Shown here: one piece after another, positions 18,627 through 25,355 of the stretch
Numbering within the stretch: position 1 is the stretch's first letter
Layout: every line of letters starts with the position of its first letter
From: Edaphobacter aggregans
GTDB taxonomy: Bacteria > Acidobacteriota > Terriglobia > Terriglobales > Acidobacteriaceae
Assembly (NCBI RefSeq): GCF_003945235.1
Contig: NZ_RSDW01000001.1
Location: 4,740,001-4,772,000, forward strand
DNA: 32,000 nucleotides
Direction of reading: 5' to 3'
The notes under the pieces: model-generated
What the model was told of the DNA's origin: nothing
Seen by the model: only the letters and a program-made list of their open reading frames with translations
Database searches by the model: none
Program-made: the position numbers and the translations under genes

Positions 18627-18641
18627 GCAATCTCAGTTCCA
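18627..18641 (-). promoter_or_regulatory. Possible sigma-54 promoter for the STAS-like gene
   Basis: The minus strand reads TGGAACTGAGATTGC. GG and GC have the exact consensus spacing, with one mismatch in the -24 box (TGGAAC vs TGGCAC). The predicted start near 18616 leaves an 18-nt leader containing the GAGAGG RBS. Confidence 0.3.
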
Positions 18642-18771
18642 TCGTAAGTTGCTGACAGGACCCGATTCTCATTCTCAAAAATGGCGAGATCTCATCAATT
18701 GACGAGTCTCTGTACAAACGGGCCCATGGGGGTTCCTGAAAAACTCTCAGCGTTTTGAACTGCTTAGCAAT

Positions 18772-18787
18772 TGGCGTCCGCATTGCA
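18772..18787 (+). promoter_or_regulatory. Sigma-54 (-24/-12) promoter upstream of the DUF1269 cluster
   Basis: TGGCGT-CCGCA-TTGCA against consensus TGGCAC-N5-TTGCW. GG at 18773-18774 and GC at 18785-18786 have the exact spacing. It ends 41 nt before ATG 18829. Confidence 0.6.
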
Positions 18788-18828
18788 ATGACGAGGCTGC
18801 AAGACCAAAACGAAAAGGAGCTATCACC

Positions 18829-19527
18829 ATGGACCGCATGCTAGTAGTGGTATTTGACAATGAGAGCAAAGCGTATGAGGGGAAGAAAGCACTCTTGCAG
18901 CTGGATTCTGAAGGCAGCATCAGCGTGTACGGTTACGCCGTAGTTGCTAAAAATGCAGACGGCACTGCATCGATCAAACAAGGTGACGACGCCGGCCCGC
19001 TTGGGACTCTTGCCGGGACCGCACTGGGAAGCCTCATCGGTGTTCTGGGTGGACCGGTTGGACTGGCGATCGGCGCGACTGCCGGATTTGCCGGCGGGAT
19101 GACAGGGGATCTGTTGAATGCTGGTGTTGGCGACGACTTCATCGATGACGTCTCCAAGGTCCTGCTGCCGACCAAGGTCGCCGTGGTTGCGGAGATCGAA
19201 GAAGACTGGACGACACCCGTTGACACCCGTATGGAATCGATCGGTGGCGTAGTTTTTCGTCGCGCTCTGTCGGACGTGGTGCATCAGGTCCACCAAGAAA
19301 ACGTCGCCTCGATGAAAGCCGACATGGTGCAGTTGAAGGCCGAACACGCGCAGGCGCACGCCAGCCGCAAGGCCAAACTCCAGGAAAAGATCAACCAGCT
19401 CGACTCGAAGATTCAAGCTCAGTTGCAGGCGGCCAAAGACAGACGTCAGGCAGCAGAGCGCACGGCTCAAGCTAAGGTGCAAATACTCAAAGCCAAGGCT
19501 GGGGTCGCCGAAGCTGCGGCTCGCTAA
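18829..19527 (+). CDS. DUF1269-type membrane protein (glycine-zipper) with a C-terminal ~80-aa coiled-coil extension
   Basis: AAAGGAG RBS. N-lobe MLVVVFDNESKAYEGKKALLQL. Gly-zipper GTLAGTALGSLIGVLGGPVGLAIGATAGFAGG. Motif GVGDDFIDDV. The tail MKADMVQLKAEHAQAHASRKAKLQEKINQLDSKIQAQLQAAKDRRQ is heptad-like. Confidence 0.75.
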   Translation: MDRMLVVVFDNESKAYEGKKALLQLDSEGSISVYGYAVVAKNADGTASIKQGDDAGPLGTLAGTALGSLIGVLGGPVGLAIGATAGFAGGMTGDLLNAGVGDDFIDDVSKVLLPTKVAVVAEIEEDWTTPVDTRMESIGGVVFRRALSDVVHQVHQENVASMKADMVQLKAEHAQAHASRKAKLQEKINQLDSKIQAQLQAAKDRRQAAERTAQAKVQILKAKAGVAEAAAR

Positions 19528-19669
19528 AACAAAAATTTCAGATTTTATCTGAAGGGCAAAATGTGACGGTCCGTGAGATCGACCTACCACAAATGCGAGC
19601 TGAGAATCACGGTCGCGATTGAACTCGCAATCGAACCAACAACGCACTACCAGCCAAAGGAGAACAACC

Positions 19670-20209
19670 ATGTCACAACTCATAGTCGTTGGTTTCAAGA
19701 AAGATATGTACCGCGCATCGGAGGTACTTAATCAGTTGCAGAATTTGGACGATGATTGGGTGGTCGATCTTCACGACGCCGTCGCCGCCTATCGTGACTA
19801 CAACGGCAAGCTCCGGATAGACCAGAGCTACCAGATGACCACAGGTGAGGGCGCGGGATGGGGCGGTCTGATGGGCTCTCTGATCGGGCTCACCCTCGCC
19901 ATTCCCTTCACTGGTGGGGCAACCGCTCCGGCGGCCGGGGCTCTCGCCGGCGGCGCGCTTGGAGCGGGAGCAGGCGCAATGGATGCCGCCTGGTGGAAAG
20001 ATGAATTCGGCATTCCCGACGATTTCGTCAGCCAGGTCGGAACGATGGTCCAACCCGGAGACTCGGCGATCTTTGCGCTTCTTCGCACCGCCAATCCCGA
20101 CATCGTGGCAGATCAATTCCGCGGCTACGGCGGCACCATTCTCAGCACAACCCTAAGTCGTGGTCAGCAGGCCAAGGTAGAGAACGTTCTCCACAACAAG
20201 GCTGCCTAG
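19670..20209 (+). CDS. DUF1269-type membrane protein (paralogue of the 18829 gene, no coiled-coil tail)
   Basis: ATG 19670 follows AAGGAGA. Same layout as the upstream gene: LIVVGFKKDMYRASEVLNQL, Gly-rich GWGGLMGSLIGL...GALAGGALGAGAGA, GIPDDFVSQV, SAIFALL. Confidence 0.8.
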   Translation: MSQLIVVGFKKDMYRASEVLNQLQNLDDDWVVDLHDAVAAYRDYNGKLRIDQSYQMTTGEGAGWGGLMGSLIGLTLAIPFTGGATAPAAGALAGGALGAGAGAMDAAWWKDEFGIPDDFVSQVGTMVQPGDSAIFALLRTANPDIVADQFRGYGGTILSTTLSRGQQAKVENVLHNKAA

Positions 20210-20249
20210 GCCCTCAAAATCGCTACATACCAAAGGAAGGGGAAGACCC

Positions 20250-20555
20250 ATGAACATTGCAGAGGTAAAGGCATATCAAGAGAAGGTCGGCGCGCAGTTG
20301 CACGAGGCGAAGGCCCTGTTAGACGGGTTCGAAGCCCACGTCAAGGGAAAACTGGCGCAGTCGGAGATAGACACGATCTCCCGCCTGAAGGCGAAGCACC
20401 AGGAGATCGATAAAAAGGTACATCATGACCTGAAGACAGCGGGCGAGGTCGCGGTAGCGGCGAAGGTCAAGTCTGACATTGACGCGGAGATTGCCAAATT
20501 CAAATCCTCGTTAGCTCAGCTTGCCGCCAAGGTCAAGAGTCAGCCAGCCGCGTAG
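20250..20555 (+). CDS. Small (101 aa) all-helical coiled-coil protein, function unknown
   Basis: RBS GGAAGGGGA. K/E/A-rich heptad-like sequence with no TM segment and no signal peptide. Same strand, 40 nt after the preceding gene. Confidence 0.6.
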   Translation: MNIAEVKAYQEKVGAQLHEAKALLDGFEAHVKGKLAQSEIDTISRLKAKHQEIDKKVHHDLKTAGEVAVAAKVKSDIDAEIAKFKSSLAQLAAKVKSQPAA

Positions 20556-20671
20556 GGAATAACGCGCGCCAGTGAAAAGGGCGAAACCGGTTCCCGATCA
20601 ATGGGCAGCCCGCGAAATCGACATGGATGTGGGTGGCCCGTTGATTCGGTCCAAGTTCAACGGAACTAATT

Positions 20672-21586
20672 ATGTCTTTCTTCAAACCAATTCGAAGTTT
20701 GTTCCTTCACACATGTACGGTGTTTTGTCTGGCAATAGTCGGCTGTTCGCCAGAGCAAACAGCGACTCAAGAGCAGAAACAGCAAGGACAGATTCAATCA
20801 GGGCAGAGTCAGCCAGCACAGAATCAGCCAGCGTCGAATCGGCAAGCGGAAAACCCACAGGGACAGAATCAAGACGAGGAAGTGCAAATGGGAAAGGAGG
20901 TCTTCAACGAACTGAAGGCCAAGGGAGAAATCATCGAATCCTCTCCTCTGTACGACCAGTTGAAGCCAATTGCGGATGCTATTACTCGAGCGGCACAGCC
21001 GCGCTATAACCATCCCTTCAAGTTCTACCTGGTTCACGAGACACAACCGAACGCCTTCGCTACTCCGGGTGGCAATGTTTATGTGGTTGACTCGCTGCTG
21101 TACTTCGTAAAGAACAAGGAGCAACTCGCCGGAACACTGTGCCACGAAGTCTCACATACCATCCATCACGACACCGTTGAGCTAATGGAGAAGCGGGAGA
21201 AAATCAAGGAACGTGAGATCGGTGCTGCAATACTCATGGGGCCCACTCGAGCCCACATCCTGGCGATCGCTTTGCTCGGCAAACTGCACTCGCTTGGCTA
21301 CTCGCGAGACGTGGAGTCGCGAGCGGACCTGACAGGTTCGGATGTTTGTGCCCAAACCGGATACAACCCGTGGGGATTGGTATGGCTCTTCCAGGATTTC
21401 GAGAGTGCCAATCCCAACGAGATACCCCAGCTTCTATCCGACCATCCCGACGATCAAAACCGAATCAATGTACTCGAACATCATTTCCGCCAGAACCCTT
21501 CGGTCTTCGGAAAATTCAACCCGGACCCGAAGTCGGCAACACCGTTTGCCGTTCCCAAGAACACGGCAGAGGTCTTTTTGCACTAA
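20672..21586 (+). CDS. M48-family zinc metallopeptidase, predicted lipoprotein
   Basis: Lipobox LAIVGC (Cys25). HExxH as HEVSHTIHH. Downstream SRDVESRADLTG (third ligand region) and DHPDDQNRI. No strong RBS was seen, so the start is less certain. Confidence 0.85.
   Translation: MSFFKPIRSLFLHTCTVFCLAIVGCSPEQTATQEQKQQGQIQSGQSQPAQNQPASNRQAENPQGQNQDEEVQMGKEVFNELKAKGEIIESSPLYDQLKPIADAITRAAQPRYNHPFKFYLVHETQPNAFATPGGNVYVVDSLLYFVKNKEQLAGTLCHEVSHTIHHDTVELMEKREKIKEREIGAAILMGPTRAHILAIALLGKLHSLGYSRDVESRADLTGSDVCAQTGYNPWGLVWLFQDFESANPNEIPQLLSDHPDDQNRINVLEHHFRQNPSVFGKFNPDPKSATPFAVPKNTAEVFLH
20804..20848 (+). repeat. In-frame 15-bp x3 imperfect tandem repeat encoding QSQPA/QNQPA/SNRQA in the Q-rich linker of the M48 lipoprotein
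   Basis: CAGAGTCAGCCAGCA / CAGAATCAGCCAGCG / TCGAATCGGCAAGCG, read directly from the sequence. Confidence 0.6.
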
Positions 21587-21649
21587 GGCGATGAACGCGC
21601 GCCGATCAACCAAGTCAAATCGAATGCAACATCCGAAAGGAGAAGGACA

Positions 21650-22228
21650 ATGGCCTACAATTCTAGTTTATTCGCAGCCGGCATCGAGGAGATCAGGAAA
21701 TCCTGGGGCTGGTTCCTCGTATCCGGCATTGTGCTGATGGTGCTCGGCGCGGTGTGTATCGTCAAGGCGCAGACCGCGACGACTTTCTCGATCCTGGCGC
21801 TGGGCTGGGTGCTTACCATCAGCGGAGTTATGTGGCTCGTGAACTCCTTGCAGGCCTGGACATGGGGAGGATTCTTTGTGTATCTGCTGAATGCGCTTAT
21901 ACGCGGGGTAACCGGATATCTCCTGATTCGCCACCCAGACGCAGGAGCAGCAGGCGTCACGATGGTCCTCGCTGTGCTGTTTATCGTAGGAGGGCTATTC
22001 CGCGTAGGCGGGGCGAGTGCCATACAGTTCCCAAGATGGGGGTGGACGGTGTTCGCCGGAGTTGTCTCTACCGTACTCGGTATCTCTCTTTTGATCGCCT
22101 GGCCTACGGCTAGTTCCTACTTCATTGGCATCGCAGTTGGTACCGACCTCATCTTTGACGGCGCGGCCTTACTAGGATTCGCCGGTGCCATTCACAGCTT
22201 GCCTGCAGCGCAAACCAGGATAGCTTGA
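21650..22228 (+). CDS. hdeD: HdeD-family (DUF308 repeat) acid-resistance membrane protein
   Basis: AAAGGAGAAGG RBS. Six hydrophobic segments with the HdeD-type start SWGWFLVSGIVLMVLGAVCIV and repeated G-rich TM pairs. Confidence 0.8.
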   Translation: MAYNSSLFAAGIEEIRKSWGWFLVSGIVLMVLGAVCIVKAQTATTFSILALGWVLTISGVMWLVNSLQAWTWGGFFVYLLNALIRGVTGYLLIRHPDAGAAGVTMVLAVLFIVGGLFRVGGASAIQFPRWGWTVFAGVVSTVLGISLLIAWPTASSYFIGIAVGTDLIFDGAALLGFAGAIHSLPAAQTRIA

Positions 22229-22294
22229 AATACGCAAGCCAAGTTTGACGTTGCGGGCCCCATAAGCAGCTAAAGGACCAAGGCGCTACGGTGA

Positions 22295-22886
22295 GATTGC
22301 TCGGCGCATCTCGGATTGAAGGACGCGATCCATGTGGGGCACTCGACGGGCGGCGGCGAGGTGGTGCGCTATCTGGCTCGGCGTGGGCAACAGGATGTGT
22401 ACAAGGCTGCGATTATCAACGCGGTCCCTCCGCTGATGGTGAAGACGCCGGCCAATCCGGAGGGCCTGCCCAAGTCGGTGTTCGATGATCTGCAGGCGCA
22501 GCTTGCCGCGAATCGCTCGGAGTTCTATCGAGCTCTGCCAGTCGGACCTTTCTATGGCTACAACCGTCCGGGCGCGAAGTCCTCGGAGGCTGTCATTCAG
22601 AATTGGTGGCGCCAGGGAATGATGGGCGGCGTCAAGGCGCACTATGACGGGATTGTGGCGTTTTTCGCAGACGGACTTTACGGAGGACTTGAAGCAGATC
22701 ACGATTCCCGTGCTGGTGATGCATAGCGAGGACGACCAGATCGTTCCGTATGTGGCGGCGGGGCCGAAGTCGACAAAGCTGCTGAAGAATGGGACGCTGA
22801 TTACGTATAAGGATTTTCCGCATAGCATACCTACTACCCAGGCGGACAAGATCAACGTTGACCTGCTGGCATTCCTCAAGAGCTGA
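22295..22886 (+). pseudogene. Alpha/beta hydrolase (non-haem haloperoxidase/esterase type), 5'-truncated and frameshifted
   Basis: Homology starts mid-protein at ...HLGLKDAIHVGHSTGGGEV (nucleophile elbow GHSTGG), directly after an in-frame TGA. About 90 N-terminal residues are missing. The reading frame breaks at the T5 run 22661-22665 (YDGIVAF|SQTDFTEDLKQITIPVLVMHSEDDQIVP continues in another frame). The C-terminus ends DLLAFLKS. Confidence 0.75.
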
Positions 22887-22910
22887 GGATATAGCTTTTA
22901 GATGGTCTCG

Positions 22911-23177
22911 CACTCCCTGATACACGAGCGAGACAAAGTCACTCGGGTTCTGGAACAGGTTGCCCCATTCTGCGTCAAAGCGCGCGCCGGGCTTAGCTGC
23001 GACAACTTCAGGCAAAGACGCACCCTGTTTTTTGAGCGCTGCAACCTTGTCGCGGATCTCAACCAATATGTGAGAATCCGTAGCTTTTGAAACCCCGGCC
23101 TTCTCATCCCATCTGTTAGCAATAGTTGAATGGTCGGTCACTTGTCCGGAAAGCCGACTTTTCGTCCAAGTGGAAAT
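22911..23177 (-). pseudogene. C-terminal fragment resembling the tail of an MBL-fold metallo-hydrolase (remnant)
   Basis: The minus strand reads ...LVEIRDKVAALKKQGASLPEVVAAKPGARFDAEWGNLFQNPSDFVSLVYQGV. From memory this matches the C-terminal helical tail of MBL-fold hydrolases. No catalytic HxHxDH region lies upstream (stop at 23178-23180). The ORF then reads through antisense to the neighbouring pseudogene. Confidence 0.35.
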
Positions 23178-23293
23178 TCACCCACCGGAAAATCAGTAAA
23201 AAACTGGCGCGTTTACTGTACTTATGTGTCCTCGAGCCGTTCGGGTAGTCTTGGGGTGGAGAAGTCACTTGAGCTTTACAAAAGGACTCAATC

Positions 23294-23710
23294 ATGACGA
23301 ATAGAGAAGCCGGAATCAATGTAGTCCGCGAAATGATGGGCGACCAGGCGGCCGCAAAACTCAGCGCTTCCGCTGACTCAAACACCTTCGGTGCCCCGAT
23401 CGCTGCCTACGCGGTCGACCAGGTCTTTGCGGATATCTGGACTCGTCCCGGTCTGGACAGGCGCTCCCGCAGCCTGGTTTCGATGTCCGTCATGATTGCG
23501 ATGCGTCAGCCCCATGAATTCGCCATCCACATGGGGGCCGGGCTCAATAACGGCCTCACATTGAAAGAAATCGAGGAAGTTCTCATCCAGGCGCTGCCAT
23601 ACGTTGGCTATCCTGCCATTGCAACAGCACTGGCTGCTGCTGCCGAAGTCATCAAGGAGCATGGTCTGGACGTCGACGAAAACTACGCTGGCCACCGCGG
23701 TCTGCTTTGA
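23294..23710 (+). CDS. Carboxymuconolactone decarboxylase (CMD/AhpD-like) family protein
   Basis: VFADIWTRPGLDRRSRSLVSMSVMIAMRQPHEFAIHMGAGLNNGLTLKEIEEVLIQALPYVGYPA is the typical CMD-domain core. Confidence 0.85.
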   Translation: MTNREAGINVVREMMGDQAAAKLSASADSNTFGAPIAAYAVDQVFADIWTRPGLDRRSRSLVSMSVMIAMRQPHEFAIHMGAGLNNGLTLKEIEEVLIQALPYVGYPAIATALAAAAEVIKEHGLDVDENYAGHRGLL

Positions 23711-24055
23711 CACTAAACGGCATCCGCACTGCCGGTGTTGAACGACGCTTGACTGTGCAACCCTAAATTAGCGTCTCGTGAACCACGATAGGTACCGATA
23801 AGTCGCATTCTCGCCAGGTTTCAGACGGTTAGATGACCGGATCCGAGCGGTGTCTGCTGATGGCCAGTCAGTGGCCCCCACATTCACTACTTGGCGGACA
23901 GGCCGCCGCTCTGAGATACCCCTGGTAACCGTTATTGGACCTTATCGGCCCCCGATCTCTGCCCTGTAGACCTCTGCCCAAACGTCTGCCTTGGGTTTTA
24001 CTCAGGTGAGACCGGCGAGCAGAGCGGCTGAATTGCCAGATTTGTCAATTGTTAT

Positions 24056-24799
24056 TCAGATGGCGGTGCGCCCTCCATCCACGGCGAGTTTTGCGCCGTA
24101 AATGAAGCTGGCGCGATCTGTAGCCAGGAAGACAATCGCTTCTGCAATTTCCTCGGCTGCTGCCGGACGTCCTGCGGGCGCCTGGGCGGCTAGCTGTTCG
24201 AGACCCTCCCTCATCGCATCCGTGCCCTCCGTGCGCGTAGGTCCGGGACTCACTGTGTTCACGCGGACACCCTTAGGCCCATACTCGGCAGCCCAGGTTT
24301 TCGTCAACAGATTGACGGCGGCCTTGCTCGAACCGTAGAGGCTCATCCCGGGCGCTCCGTAATCTGCAGCCATCGTCGAAAGATTCACGATTGCCCCTTT
24401 GCCTCTCTCGGCCATAAGTGGAGCAATCGCTGCGACCAGAAAATATGGCGCCTTCACGTTTGTTGAAAACACGCGGTCAAACTGCTCTTCCGTCATATCA
24501 TGCGTAGGTCCAAAAGGATAGATGCCTGCATTGTTGATGAGAATATCGACATGGCCACTTCCGAGTTCGATCGCTTTCCTGGCTACTTCGCGAGCGCTGT
24601 CTGCGCCTAGAAGCTCGGAGGAAATAAAATCCGCTTTTCCTCCTGCGGTCCGAATTTCGTCGACTGCCTTCTTCCCGCGTTCCGCATTTCGCCCCACAAC
24701 CAAAACGTGAATACCAAGCTGAGCGAGTTTCTTGGCTGTCGCGAGACCGATTCCGCTCGTTCCACCCGTTATAAGCGCTGTCGAAGTATTGTCTGTCAT
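24056..24799 (-). CDS. SDR-family short-chain dehydrogenase/reductase
   Basis: TGGTSGIG cofactor motif, NNAG, catalytic YGSSKAAV. ATG 24799 was preferred over TTG 24805. Confidence 0.9.
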   Translation of the reverse strand: MTDNTSTALITGGTSGIGLATAKKLAQLGIHVLVVGRNAERGKKAVDEIRTAGGKADFISSELLGADSAREVARKAIELGSGHVDILINNAGIYPFGPTHDMTEEQFDRVFSTNVKAPYFLVAAIAPLMAERGKGAIVNLSTMAADYGAPGMSLYGSSKAAVNLLTKTWAAEYGPKGVRVNTVSPGPTRTEGTDAMREGLEQLAAQAPAGRPAAAEEIAEAIVFLATDRASFIYGAKLAVDGGRTAI

Positions 24800-25310
24800 C
24801 TGCAATCCCCCATGGCGATAGCCGCCGCATCTTGGATGCCCACGCAGATTTCCGAGATTGAGGAAATCGAAAGGAAGTGGCGTTCAACCCGCGGGGCCTC
24901 TCCGTTGGTAGCGGAAGAGAGTTCACTCGCCATATTACGGCAGGAACGAGCTAGCCGACGTTCGATCATTTAAACCGTCCTTCCATCCCCATCCCACAAT
25001 CGCCCAAATCGCTCTATGTCTTCGGCAAGTGGCCGTATAACCGGCATCTCGGGCAGGTGATTGCGGTCGATTGCCCCCTTGCCAATTCTCAATGAGTCCT
25101 AAATCGCCAATGCACTCATCGAGGAAAGGTAGATAACGACAAGTCCGGCATCTCGTCAGCATCCGGCCCGGCAGAATGGCGATCGGCGAGTTTCGTAACA
25201 CGCTCGGAACTCGACTCCCGCCGCGCGAAACCGGCGAGCGGGGGCCGGTTGGCGGGATGAGGGTGCAGGGAGAAACCAAAGCGGTGTCTTCCTGCCCGAT
25301 TTTTGGACGC

Positions 25311-25345
25311 AGAAAACCGAGGGGCGGCTGTTCACCGCCCCTCGG
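25311..25345 (-). terminator. Rho-independent terminator downstream of the ParB-like gene
   Basis: Perfect 11-bp GC-rich stem CCGAGGGGCGG (25317-25327) / CCGCCCCTCGG (25335-25345) with a 7-nt loop. On the minus strand it is followed by TTTTCT. It begins 10 nt after the stop at 25356. Confidence 0.65.
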
Positions 25346-25355
25346 ATGGCTGCCT

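Noticed and set aside
20634-20649. Sigma-54-like TGGCCC-GTTGA-TTCG upstream of the M48 gene.
   Set aside because: The -12 element reads TTCG (CG where GC is required), so it is not a credible RpoN site.
20572-21009. 145-aa ORF overlapping the 5' part of the M48 gene in another frame.
   Set aside because: It has a GTG start without an RBS and a low-complexity translation produced by the Q-rich repeat region. The M48 frame has a signal peptide and catalytic motifs.
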